From: the human T2T-CHM13v2.0 reference genome, Homo sapiens
Strand: one strand, 5' to 3'
Assembly: GCF_009914755.1 (NCBI RefSeq)
Contig: NC_060934.1
DNA length: 64,000 nucleotides
Shown: positions 35,245 through 47,980 of the stretch, one piece after another
Position numbering within the stretch: the stretch's first letter is position 1
How the letters are laid out: the number at the start of each line of letters is the position of its first letter
Notes under the pieces: generated by a model
Seen by the model: only the letters and a program-made list of their open reading frames with translations
The model's database searches: none
Told to the model about the DNA's origin: nothing
Translations under genes and position numbers: made by a program

Positions 35245-35975
35245 TGGCTGGCCCCGCCCACCCTTGCCTCAGCCCTGCCCGGCCCCTCCCACCCTTGCCC
35301 AGCCCCTGCTTGGCCCCTCCCACTCGTCCCAACCCTTCGTGTCACCGCCAACCCTTGCCCCAGTCCGGCCCGGCCCCTCCCACCCTTGCCCCAGCCCTGC
35401 CCGGCCCCTCCCACCCTTGCCCCAGTCCGGCCCGGCCCCTCCCACCCTTGCCCCAGTCCTGCCCGGCCCCTCCCACCCTTGCCCCAGTCCTGCCCGGCCC
35501 CTCCCACCCTTGCCCCAGCCCTGCCCGGCCCCTCCCACCCTTGCCCCAGTCCTGCCCGGCCCCTCCCACCCTTGCCCCAGTCCTGCCCGGCCCCTCCCAC
35601 CCTTGCCCCAGTCCTGCCCGGCCCCTCCCACCCTTGCCCCAGTCCTGCCCGGCCCCTCCCACCCTTGCCCCAGTCCGGCCTGGCCCCTCCCACCCTTGCC
35701 CCAGTCCGGCCTGGCCCCTCCCACCCTTGCCCCAGTCCGGCCTGGCCCCTCCCACCCTTGCCCAGCCCCTGCTTGGCCCCTCCCACTCGTCCCAACCCTT
35801 CGTGTCACCGCCAACCCTTGCCCCAGTCCTGCCCGGCCCCTCCCACCCTTGCCCCAGTCCTGCCCGGCCCCTCCCACCCTTGCCCCAGTCCGGCCTGGCC
35901 CCTCCCACCCTTGCCCCAGTCCGGCCTGGCCCCTCCCACCCTTGCCCCAGCCCCTGCCTGGTCCTGCCCACCTCA
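35245..35975. repeat. 31-bp C-rich VNTR (CCCCAGTCCTGCCCGGCCCCTCCCACCCTTG), about 23 copies
   Basis: Directly visible; a variant block at ~35301 recurs at ~35764. Confidence 0.96.
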
Positions 35976-36028
35976 CCCCAGCACTTCCTATGGGACTCAC
36001 GCCTTTGTCTCGGGCTTTTGGTTTTCAA

Positions 36029-36056
36029 AATAAATTATAAGTTTTAATAAAATAAA
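36029..36056 (+). terminator. Cluster of three AATAAA signals (candidate distal polyA site)
   Basis: AATAAA at 36029, 36046 and 36051. Confidence 0.55.
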
Positions 36057-36315
36057 GTACTAGAAAAGCTATTCATTACGGAAGATGTAAAAATCCGAAA
36101 AGAAACTTCCATTTGGGAGGAGAAATGGAGAACGGAGCCCAGGAGGTGGAGGAAGGAGGTGGAAGGCCCTGGGCCCTGGAAGGTTCTGTCTGTTCTCCAG
36201 GAACCCAGCTTCCATTTACTCCCCTAAAGCAGAGGGATGCTCTGGGAAGGCAGGTGTGGGGCCCAAAGGGACCCTGATGAGGACACGTGGGGTCAGCGGG
36301 GGTGGGGGCTGCAGC

Positions 36316-36390
36316 CGGAGCCGGTACCAGGTGTGCCCCCCCATGCCACTCTGGAGCCGGTACCAGGTGTGCCCCCCCGTGCCACTCTGG
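36316..36390. repeat. Two-copy 36-bp tandem duplication (GGAGCCGGTACCAGGTGTGCCCCCCCRTGCCACTCT)
   Basis: Directly visible. Confidence 0.85.
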
Positions 36391-36812
36391 CCTTCAGCAC
36401 GTGGACGAGAAAACCAGCCCCTCATGATGTGGATCCCCTCTTTAAACTGGGCTGCACTTCGGTCTATAAAATATTCAGTGTCTTTCTAAATAATTGCATT
36501 ATTTATGATGCCGCTCGTGAAATATTCATGTCTGACTTTGACACGGAGCCAGTATGCCCATGCAGGTCTGTGGCGACGGGCTGGCCTTTCCCAGGTAATG
36601 GGAGGAAGTAGGGCTGCTGGGGTGGGGGGTGCTCGGGGAGTCGGTGGAGCCCCCTGGCAGGTGGATCTCACCCGGGAGCCAGGGATCTCCCCACTGGCAG
36701 CCTTGGGGCCTGCCTCCTCTGCTGGGGAGCTCATGAGTGGGTGGGTGGGCACCGGCTCCCCAATGCCCGATCCTCATGATGGCCACTTCGAAGCCCTGGC
36801 AGACTGGAGGCA

Positions 36813-37167
36813 TCCCAGCCCCCACCCCAGCCCCCACCCCAACCCCCACCCAACCTCAACCCCCACCCCAGCCCCTACTTCAACCCCCACCCCAGCCCCC
36901 AACCCTCACCCCAGCCCCCACCCCAGCCCCGCAACCCTCACCCCAGCCCCCACCCCAGTCCTCACCCCAACCTCACCCCAGCCCTCACCCCAACCCCCAC
37001 CCCAACCCCCACCCCAATCCCCACCCCAACCCCAGCCCCCACCACAACATCCACCCCAACCCCCACCCCAACATCCACTCCAGGCCCCACCCTAGCCTCC
37101 ACCCCAACCCCTACTCCAACCCCCACCCCAGCCCCGACCCCATCCCCCACCCCGGTCCCCTCCCCAG
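36813..37167. repeat. C-rich hexamer repeat (CCCCAC/CCCCAG/CCCCAA)n
   Basis: Directly visible; G-quadruplex potential on the minus strand. Confidence 0.9.
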
Positions 37168-39799
37168 CCTGACTGAGGAGGCTCCTGGGCCATGGCTGCT
37201 GCCCTGAGAAGGCCCTCCCGTGCTCAGAGGCACCCCACTCCCACTCTTCCCCGCCGAGGTCCTGCCATCCCAGCCCCCACCATGGACCCTGGAGAAGGTG
37301 ACAGAAGGAAGGAGACAGAGGGCAGGCTCTGAGTGTTTGGGGATCTGTGTGCGGGGAGGGACTCCCCAGGCCTCTGCTGGTGGGAAGGGGCGGACTTGGC
37401 CCCAAACTGAGGTATTTGTCCTATCCTGTGGATTTTGCGGTGTGGCCTTCGTGAAGGGAGAGTGGGGGGCAGGGTGGTCACCCTGGGGCTCCCCTGAGAG
37501 GCCCCCTGCCCTCACGTCAGCCACCCTGGACTTGGGAGTCCAGGCCCGTGCCCCCCAGGCCCCCACTTCTCCTTGTCCTTCCCCTGCACATCCCCCCTCC
37601 TTGAGGGTGCAGAAACCACCTAAAGGTCTTGGTCATTGTCAAGGAGCCTTGGTCCCAGGACACTGCAGCACAGGGTGGAGTGGCAGGAGTGTGTCCAGCC
37701 AGCACAGACTCTGAGGGTCCCACAGGTCACTGGACATGGACCTGGGCCAGCTGAGGGAGGGCTGACCTCTGGGCCCCCCCTCATGTTCCAAAGCCCAGGG
37801 CACAGCCCCCCAGTCAGGAGGATCAGCTTTCTGGAGGTCCTCAGAGGGGCCCACCCTTTACAAGGCCTGGCCCGAGGAAATGAAGGGGCGGCCCCTGGCT
37901 GAATGGGGGAGGGTCCTTGGAGTCTGAGCGTCTTAGAATTCCTGGGGATGTCCGCTTTGGTTCTACAGTTCGCAGATAGGGGAACTGAATCCTGGAAACA
38001 GGCAGGGCGAGGGGTGGGCCCGCCAAGCACTGCGCCCCACTCTATGCCAGGTCTATGTCAGCCCCTCTCTTGCCCTCTCAGAGCTCAGGGTACATTTTGA
38101 GCCCACCTGGCCTGGAGCACGCAGGGCTGGGAGCTGGCTGGGACCTGGACAGGGCTCAGATGCAAAGGCAGCTTCCCCCAGCACCTTCCAGGCTCTGGCT
38201 GTTCCAAACCATGCTCCAGGCTCAGATGGGCTTGTCCCAAAACAGCTGAGCCATTACCTTCACTTGACAAGGGCCCCCCAAAACACAGCATTCCAGGGGA
38301 ATGGGTGACCACCTCGTGGCCACCCCTTGCCTCCCTGCTGGCCCCATCCTGGGCAGGGGAGCAGCTCCTGCCTCCAGGAACCTTCTCCCAGGAGACCATG
38401 CGCAACAGAGGGGCGGCGCCCGGCGGGTCAGCACAGAGGCTTGCCTCACCTGCGGTTGCTGAATGAGTGAGTTAGTGGGTGAGGACCTGCAGGCAGCCCC
38501 TGGCTGACACTTTGGCTGTGGAGGAAGAAATCAGGATGTTCAGGGCCAGAGGGGAAGGTGGCACGGAAGGCAAGAGGGGAGCATCTCCCTGTGGAAGAGC
38601 AGGGTGCTGGGTGGGGCATGCTGGGGTGCCGGGACCCCTGCGCTGGCTGCCACAGTCTGGCAGGGAGCACGCTGCAGCCGCCTGCAGGAGCTGAGCCCAA
38701 GGGGACAGCCGTCCGTGTGTTGGGGAAAGGGGACAGCGATATGTGTGTTGGGGGTGGCCCCGCATACCCTCCAGGTAAAGCCATGCACTGTACCTGGGGC
38801 GTGGCCCTTGAGTGGCCACTGGAGCCGCCTGGGCCTGAGGGTGGGGTGGGGAGCCCATGTCAGGGTCCAGCCAAAGGTGCCACAGGGCTCCAGCACCAGA
38901 GGCACCCAGCATGGCCCTGCCTAGCCCTAGGGCCCTCTGCTGCCCAGGGACCCGACCCTGCAGTCTCTGGGTGGTCAGCGCTGCCCTAGAGGGGCGTGAC
39001 ACCCTCTGCTGGTCCCATACAGAAGGACACAGCTGCCACCCAGCATGCAGCTCCCCCAGGCACTGGGTGCCCACGCTGTACCCGGCAGCTTACACTGTGC
39101 CTTGTCACCCACGCTGCACCTGGGAGCCCGCACTGTGCCTAGACGCCCACGCTGCGCCTGGGACCTCACACTGCACGAGGTGCCGGCGCCACTCAGGCAG
39201 ACCACCCTCTCCATGTGCGGCAGGATCCACCAGGGAGGGGCACCCTGACCCTGATCTCCCCAGGCAGCTCTGGAAAGGCCTGTGTCCTGGCTGGGGACCT
39301 CTGGGAGGCCATGGAGCTGGGAGGGAGGGACTGGAGGTCTGAGGGATCCAAGTAGCCCGTCCTGCTGCACCTGCCAGGCCCCAGTCAGGCCTGGCCATTA
39401 AGGCTGAAGGATGACCCCTCACCTCCTGCCCCTGGGGGCTGAGCCCTACCTAGGAACCTGAGTGTTTCCAGCACCTCAGCCCTGGCAGTCCCGGCTAGGC
39501 AGATCCACCCAGCACCGTGCAGGAGGCCCCAGGACTGAGCCCCGCAAGGAACATCTCCCAGTGCCCACAGCCCACCTAGGGGCCAGTCCACCAGGGATTG
39601 GGGGGGGCGGGGCCTGGGAAGGACAGGGGAAGAGTGAACCACTAGGCCCTGCGTGGCCACTTCCCAGCAGCCAGATTTAAGGCCAGGTTAGGATAAATCT
39701 CTTGTGCCTCGGTTTCCCCTTCTGTACCCCAGGATCACATTACCCACCCCCCAACACTGTTCTGCAGAATGTGCAGAAAATTGCAGGTGGTGACGCTTC

Positions 39800-40100
39800 T
39801 GCAAACAGCAGAGCCCCGGGCACCTGTCCAAGGCGGCTCCGGAAGGCCCCGCGAGTCCCGTGCGCGGGGACTTCCCAGGGGCGGGGTCGCGGGGCAGGGC
39901 GGGCGCTGGCTCCACCCCCCGCCGGCCCCGCAGGAACCGGAAAGGGGCTGGACGGTGTAGCGGCGCCCCCTGCCGACACCTCCTAGCATCGCGTCCCCGC
40001 GTGGCCGCGGGGCGGGGCCCGGGGGGTCGTTCCGGAGTGGCCCCTGCAGGGCTTACAAACAGACGCGGCGGCTGCGAGAGGGGGACACGATGACTTCTTT
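39800..40100. promoter_or_regulatory. Small CpG-rich island with GC boxes and a CTCF-like motif (39961-39977, minus strand)
   Basis: Dense CpGs, GGGGCGGGG boxes, and GGCGCCCCCTGCCGA. Confidence 0.6.
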
Positions 40101-40499
40101 CTAGAGCAGGGACTTAGAGAACCGAGTCTTTATGCATGAATGTACCTGCATAACCATTTGCTAAATAGGGCCCGGAGGAGGCTCATAGGAGGGTGTAGGG
40201 GCAGGAGCCTTCTGGCTTTGAGCCCCAGGGTTGAAGCTGGAGCTTTCCCAGGTGGAGAAGACACAGCGAAGACCAGGGCGGGACGGCCCGTGGCAGGTGC
40301 CGCACACCGCGCCGTGGGCTGAGGGACAGGTCAGGACCCCAGGCACAGAGGTGGGTGGCCAAGCCCCGGCTCCCTGGCCCCTCTCCGAGTGAGGCACCAG
40401 GGCGTGGTCCCGAGTTTGGACTCAGAAGAGACTGTGCAGAGGTTGTGTTGTCCCCCACAGGTGTGCCCCTTTCATGACACGTCACAGAAGAGCCCCACG

Positions 40500-40935
40500 A
40501 TGGCCTCTAAGTGTAAGTGGAGGGAAGAGTTGCTGGTCTCTCGCTTTAAATCACAAGCTGGACATGGCTAAGCTGAGTGAGGCAGGCAGGTGAAGGCCAA
40601 GGTCGATAGCTAGGCCTCTTGCACCAGTGAGCCAAGTTATGAATACCCAGGAAATGTCCTTGAAGGAAGTTAAAATGCTACTCCAGTGGACACACAGTTG
40701 CCAACAAGTGAAACTGCCTCCTTGCTGATGTGGAGAAAGTTCGAGTGGTCCGGACAGAAGATCAAACCAGCCATGACCCTCCCTTAAGCCAGAGCCTCGA
40801 CCAGAGCAAGGCCCTAACTCTCTCCAACTCCACAAAGGTGGAGAGGGTGAGGAAGCTGCAGAAGAAAAGTCTGAAGTCCACAGAGGTTGGTTCATGAGGT
40901 TTAAGGAAAGAAGCCGTCTCCGTAAGGTAAAGATG
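40500..40935 (+). mobile_element. Tigger1 (TcMar) transposase 5' fragment, decayed
   Basis: ATGGCCTCTAAGTGT...GAAGATCAAACCAGCCA...GGTTGGTTCATGAGGTTTAAGGAAAGAAGCCGTCTCC matches the remembered Tigger1 ORF start; contains frameshifts. Confidence 0.9.
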
Positions 40936-41472
40936 TGGCTTCTTCGCAGGCTGCCAGGGTGAGGCCGCATCAGGAGGCTACGTCTGCGGAGCCATCCCAG
41001 GAGCGATGGGCAGCGTCTGTGGGTCTAGTGGCGAGGTCTCTAGTTCTGAGTCTCCAGGGAGAGGTGCGCAGGGAGCCCAGGGCCCCCCTTCCCCCACGGC
41101 ACACAAACGTCTATCTCCCCGCAGCCTGCACCGATCCCTCGTGAACCACGGGACCGCGTGCGGTTATTCTCAGCTCAGAGATAGGCCCTAGACTGGAGCC
41201 CAGCTGCACACACCTCAAAACGAACGTCCGAGACTCCAGGGCTGCAGTCACTCTTGGACGAATTCTAAGGTCATCCCAGTCCTCTCAGGGGAGAGGGCAC
41301 AGGCTGCAGGACCCGGTGACCAGCGTGAGTCCAGAAGGGTAGGGCCAAGGGGTCAGAGCCACCACCCCAGCCACCTCAGAACCAGAGCAGCCCTGGGCGT
41401 CCCGCTGTGGGCCTCGAGACCCCAGCATGATTCCGGGTAAAGAATTTCCACTGTCAAGAAGTGTAAACATGA

Positions 41473-41853
<381 letters not shown>

Positions 41854-44800
41854 TTGACCAGGTTTCCCATGGGCCTGGGGTGTGCTTGTCTCCAGCAGCT
41901 CTGAAGCGCCTCTCTTCCAACTCCACTCCAGTTCCAGCAGCACAGAGACCCAGATGGGCATCCATCCACGCTGGGGTCAGGCCCATGCGCCAAGCTCCTC
42001 TGAGTAGCCTGAGTCCTCAGCCATGGTGACCCCACGTGGAAAAGTCTTGAAACTGACGTCTCAAAGAGGATGATGTGTGAGCGACCGTGACAGCAGCACA
42101 AATCCCAGGTGGACAGGACACTCCGGCTGCCCCGAGTGGCCGAGGACGGGTCGGCATCTCCTGGCATTTTTGTCCGTTTTGGTGGCAGGTGAGCCCAGCA
42201 CGTAGGGAGGGATGGGCAGCCCACAGCCGGGACTGGACGACTCAGAAGTTCCGGCTAAGGTAGGATAACTTGGGCAGGCTTCCCGAGTCCCTCCCAGCTG
42301 CGGTCCCCTGGCCCCCACTTGCTCAGTGGCCAGGTGTGGGAGGAGCCAGCGGCCCTGTGCCAAGGGAGCACGAGTTGGGGCGTGTGGGGATGGGAGGCCG
42401 GGTCGAAGGCCGCCTTTCAGTGCAGGGAAGGACCTGATACCACAGTCCAGCAGCAGAGGGAACGCCAGGCCGGGGGTTTGAGGCCAGAGATCTCAGAACC
42501 TTGGGAGCCAGCTGCTAGTCTGCATTTCAGGGTGCCAGGAGTCCCTGGAGACGGGGATGGAGCCCTGTGGGTGGAGACAGCAGGACTTCAGGTCACCAAT
42601 GAGGCCAGGGTGCTGGTGCTCAGGGTCCCAGCTGTGGGGGTCTCAGTTCTCCCAGCCCTGCTCCCAGGCTGACCCTCCAGGCCAGCCCCTCTCTGTAGGT
42701 CTGAGGAGGGTCCTTATGGAGCACAGGTGGGGCTGGGGAAATGGCACATGTCTCCGCAAAGCTCCTGTGCCTCCTTTGCTCCGGAGAGCCTGCTCCTTCA
42801 CAGAGGGCGTCTGATACAGCCTGAGAGGGGCACTGTGGGGGTGACAGTCATGGGGGGCGGTCCACAGGGGGTGCATCCTACCAGCAGCCACAGTCTGAGG
42901 GGTATAGTCCATGATGGGCACAGTCCTGGGGGGACACAGTCCTGGGTGTGCATTCTGGTGCCTGCTCTGCTGCACACCCTGCACTGAAGCTGATTGCTCC
43001 CGCTGAGACCCCATGTCAGGCACATCATCATGTTGCATAGGAAGTCCTGTGACCAGGGCCCAAGGACCACAGAGGCTGAGCCAGGCGGCCACCTTGGCCA
43101 CGGCCTCCCCAAGACACGACATGCTTTGAGGTGTGAGTTGGTGCTGGCCCTGCCATGTGGCTGCCACCACACCGCTTCCAGACCATGAGGCCCCTCACAC
43201 ACGTGTGGCCAGAGTGTCCGCACGGCCCAGGGACAGGAGCGTGTGCCCTCCAGGAGGCTGTTCTGAGGCTGCGTGGCAGGGCATGGTGTCCCCTCCACAG
43301 GGGCACCCTGCCTGGGCTGCGAGGATGCAGGGTGTTGTGGGTGGAGCCTGGATGGAGCAAGGACCATGCTCTGTCCTCCGTGCAGGGAGCTTGGGTCCTG
43401 GGAGAGGAGCAAGGTTCAGGCCATGCTGTCACTGGGAGGTGACAACTTCATTCCCCAGCAACCGCAATGCTTGGCAGATGATGGCAATGCTGGGAGCCAA
43501 TGGGACATGCATGGACAAACCATGCAGAAAGCCACGTGTGCTCAGGTGAGAGCCAGGAGGCCATCGTTTCCTGAGCGCGACCCTGCGTGAAGGAAGCTGC
43601 CTTGGGGTCTGGGCTGTCCAGCCCATCTCCCTGTGGGCTCTCCAGCACTTCCAGACCTTTGCACTCACTCCAGCGGGGCAGCAGGTGGGCAGCAGGTGCC
43701 ACAGAACCCCGGCAGGAGCCCATGCAGCACTTCCAGCCAGTGGAGGTGGCTCCTGGGGGTGATCGTGGCCCCTGCAGGAGCCCAGAGCCTCTGTGCAGTG
43801 TTGCTGGGTCAGGGCCCTCATCCTCTGCCCCTGCGGACGGCCTGGTCTAGCTCAAGCCCTCTTCACCTGTGGCCTGGCTGGGCTGTCAGTCTCTGCAGCC
43901 CCTTGGAGGTGCCTGGAGGGGGTCAGCATCTCTGCCAAGCCCTGGCCTCAGAGTGTGGACAGTGATCTCTGCAGGATCTCAGTACAGGCAGGTGTGCCAA
44001 CTCTCTGCCCACACCGGATGTTAGAGGCTGACATTGGGTGGGTGTAAAGGCAAGATGATTGATTGAAGGGGAAACTGAGGCAGGGTGGCTTGCCCCAGGT
44101 GCCGCCTGAATTCCCCAGCCAGCCCCACATTCCCAGCCAGCCTCCCTTTTGGGATGTGCTTCCCTGCTGCCGCCTAAGTCAGGACCACCCCAGCCCCCAA
44201 CCCACCTCAGCAGCCGGATGCAGCCTCCTCAGAGCCCGGAGCACCGTGGGTTTGGACCCCAACACCTGCCTCTTGCCAGCCTCTGGCTCCTTTTCATGTC
44301 CTCAGAAAGTACTCACCCCCGCGGTAAGCAGGTGGGTAGCAGGTGCCTGGGGAGGGAGGGCAGGGGAGGGACAGCTTCGCGGGCAGCCACCAAGCACAGG
44401 AGGTACCAATACCCACCGCCAGGAGGGGCCTGGAGGGCCCCGGGAAGCCATCACCCCAATGAGGGACCTGCCTGTGCCAGATCACCAGGTGGCACCATCC
44501 GGACCCCTCCTTCCCGCCTGCACCCGAGAGTGGATGTGAGGCGGATCCCACAGGGCCCAGCCAACCTCAGCCTTTACCTCCTTGCGGCTGTGGGCTGCAG
44601 GCTCTGCACTGACTGGCTGGCATGGAGGAACGCACCCGGCCGTCCCCGAAGGGAGGGGCGTGGGCACACGGAGGTCTTGGGGCACCTTCTCTCCTCGTCA
44701 TCTGGCCCTGTCTGTGGCTCCCATCCTCCAAGGAGGCCGTGCTCGTGGCAGGAGCATAGAAGGCTGGGTGCCAGCAGAGGCCCCGCGACGTGGGGGAAAT

Positions 44801-45886
44801 GTGGACCCTGATGGAGGCGGTGATGGTCCCTGCTGGCGTGGAGCCTATGAGGCTGAGCCTTGTGTGGATGACAGGCACCCGCTGAGGGGGTCTAGGAGAG
44901 ACCATCCCACCCAGATTCCAGAGCCTCAGCCCAGGGGGTGTTCCCGGGACCCAGCATGATCAGGGGCCTGAAAACCTCCTTGACGCCAGGAGCGCCTGAG
45001 CAACGCTGTCCACCCGAGTGGCTTGATTGGCTGCTCTGGGCAATGGCGTTCCCCAGGGAGCATCATCAATGCCAAGTCTGTCTCTCAGGAAAGAGACCAA
45101 GGTGGCCACGGTGGCACTTTTCCTAGGACTCCCATCCTCAGATATCAAGGGCCCCCAAAAGAGCGAGTCCCCCAGAGCCGGCAGGTGGAAGTGGCTCCTG
45201 GGACTGGAGACGGAAGCTGGAGACGGCCCTGAACAGTGTGGCCAGAACACTGCCCCCCATGCTCCCCAACTCCTGTGGGCCACAGCGCAGCCCCCTCCGC
45301 CCAGCCCGCAGCGCCCAGCCCGCTGCCGTGCCCACCTCCACCAGCAGAGGGCACCCCGCCCACGTGAGCAGGTGCCCGACGCCCCGCGCCCTGTACCACA
45401 GCCCTGTGCCCTGAGCCCCACGCCCCATGGGAGCCTGCCTCTCCGCACGCATTCCCATTCCCCCTGGAAACCACCCTGGAGCCAACAGCACCAAATGCTT
45501 CTCCAAAAAGACCTCTGACCACAAAACCACTAGCACAGTTACAGAGGACATGGGGTTCACAGGCCAAGCGCCTGCCTTGCCATCAGCTTGTGGCGCGTCC
45601 TCCAGGCGGTTCCCACTGTGATTTCCCCAGTCACTGGGCTTCACTGCCCCCGTCGTGGAATGTGCAGGCCCTGCCAGGTTTCCCACCTCCAAGGTGCAGT
45701 GCTGTGATGGCCGCCGCGGTCCCTGCGTCCTGTGTGCACCGGCATCATCGTCATCCTTGTCATCGTCATCCCTCCAGGAGTCTGCACCCTGAGCTGAGCA
45801 CCAGGGCAGGGCAGCCGCTTTGCACACAGTCTGGGAGTCTGGCCCTCCCTGTTCCTGGAAGAGCCTGGGCTGTGAACTTTTAAACT

Positions 45887-45978
45887 GGGCAAGGTGTGAC
45901 TGGAGGGTGTGCCGCAGTGGGAGAGGACACAGGGCAGGGTGTGACTGGAGGGTGTGCCGCAGTGAGAGAGGACACAGG
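45887..45978. repeat. Two-copy ~45-bp tandem duplication (GGTGTGACTGGAGGGTGTGCCGCAGTGRGAGAGGACACAGG)
   Basis: Directly visible. Confidence 0.85.
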
Positions 45979-46352
45979 GGTCTCCCATTGATCTCGGCCC
46001 CCGGCATGGCTCCCCGCACCACCGCAGACCGGCCGTGCTCCTGCCTCAGGCCCTGGCAACCCTCCCGTCAGGTGAGGCCTGGCCCCGCAGCCTCTGAGGC
46101 CTCCCAGGCTGTCTGCCAGCTCTGATGGGGGTCAGGAGGCTGGGTGGAGACCCCCGTAGACCAGGACCTCAGCAGGTGGCTCTGCCACACTCAGCCTTGG
46201 GACCCCCACACACTTCTGTCTACAGAACAACTCAGACCCGCCGCAGGTGCCAGGTGATGGTGGGAGCTGTGTTGCGTGCAGTCTGGCGGTGCACAGGCCA
46301 CGTGCTCCTTTCTCTGCCGGGCTGCAGGCTTCGGAAAGGTGGTGGAGGAGTC

Positions 46353-46795
46353 TCCTGTGGCTGCTCTAACTGATGGCCACAAACTGAACAGCTTGAAAAG
46401 TCCACCTGTGAGCCCACAGTGTGGAGGTCAAAGTCCAACTCAGATCTCACTAGGCTGAAACCAGGGTGTGGGCAGAGCTGTGTGTTCTTTGGGGACTCGG
46501 AGAGAATTCGTTTTCTTGCCTTTTCCAGCTTCTAGAGGCCACAACGTTCCCGGCTCCTGGCCCCTCCTGCCTGTTGAAGCCAGCAGCAGCCACCAGCTGA
46601 GTTTCCACCCTCGTGTCTCCCTGGACTCTCGTCTTCTGCCTCCCTCCTCTCCTTTTCTGGACTCTTGTAACTCGGGGGATCCACCCGGATGATCCAGACA
46701 ATGTCCCCATGTTAGGGTCACTCAGTTCCCTCTGCCATGCAAAGTAACACATTTGCAGGTCAGAGGGTTTAGGGCGTGGATGTCTTGGGGTGCAT
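46353..46795 (-). mobile_element. MLT1C/D-like MaLR solo LTR
   Basis: ttcttgccttttccagcttctagaggc, tgccatgcaaagtaacaca, ttagggcgtggatgtcttgggg. Confidence 0.8.
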
Positions 46796-47889
46796 CTCGG
46801 GCGTGCCCCCCACGTGGGGGTCTCTTCCAACGGTGGTGTTGCCCTCACACAGTCTCCAAAAGCGTCCCGGTGCCTGCGGCCTCCTCAGCCTCACACCCGG
46901 AGTTGAGCTTTGCAGTGGGTGTGCCTGTCCAGCTCAGGGTGACCTGTGGGTGACCAACACAGGGTGGGGGCTGCAGCTGAAAAGTGGGGCCAGATGCTGA
47001 GAGCACAGACCTGGGATTAAACCAGCTGGCCAGGTGAGGGATCGCCTTCTCCATGGCGGCCGATGGCCTCCGGCCCATGCTCCATGCAGCGCCCAGCCAC
47101 TTCTCTGCTGCCTTCCACGTGGCCCCTCCCCTCTGCAGCCAGGCACTGCAGAGGGGAGTGCTGAGTTCAGGCGGCAAGGACAATGAGCCATGTTGCAGGT
47201 GGTCCCGGTTAGGTGGTTTTGGCCCCATGTAGGTTCAAACTTCTCCAACATCTGCTCCTTGAGGGACAGTGAAGAATGACTTCGGTTTGTTTTGTGGTTA
47301 TTCAGGCTTTCCCAATTGTGGAGCTAGTCTAGGATGGACTTTGGGTCTGCCCAGCAGCCCTGGAGGGTGCTGGAGTAGGGGGCAGCATCTGCATGCTGTG
47401 GGATCCCCTGGGGAAGAGGGTCTGTCTGGGCTCGGCCAGCACAGAGATGGACGGAGCAGCCGGGTTCTCACTGCCCTTGCTTCTGCCTCCCAGGGGCCCT
47501 GTCCCCACCTGGCCTGGGTGGAGGTGGCTGCAGACTGTCTGGGCTGCCTCTACTTTCCCCAGGCCAGTGAGGGGCCCTCCTGGGATGGCAGGGACACTCC
47601 AGGCTCTGCCTGACCTGCAGCTCCATTAGGTCCTAGCAGGACCTCTCCATGCCCTTGGAGCCTGGGGGTCCTCCCCAGAGTGGTCCCAGGCGGGAGGAAC
47701 GGTGGCTGCCAGAGCCTCAGCCACACCAGCCTGGACCTGCCTGTTCCAAGGCCACTCAGAGCCCCTGTGTCTCCCCCAGACTCCAGAGGAAGGAAGGACA
47801 GGCTGGCACTCTACTTGGAATTCACAGCAACACCAGGGCCCCGCACCCCAGGCCTGCCCTGCTCTCAGCTCTCCCCCTCCACTGTCAAG

Positions 47890-47980
47890 TTCCCTCCTCT
47901 GCCCTCCATCCTCCTCCCTCCTCCTTCATCCTCCTCCTCTTTCCTCCTCCATCCTCCTCCTCCCCTTCTTCTCTCCCCCC
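47890..47980. repeat. (CCT)-rich low-complexity tract
   Basis: Directly visible. Confidence 0.75.

Noticed and set aside
36813-37167. Interstitial telomeric repeat
   Set aside because: Hexamers are CCCCAC/CCCCAG/CCCCAA with no run of CCCTAA.
40500-40935. Domesticated TIGD-like transposase gene
   Set aside because: Only the 5' part is present and it is frameshifted; the ORF ends at 40571.
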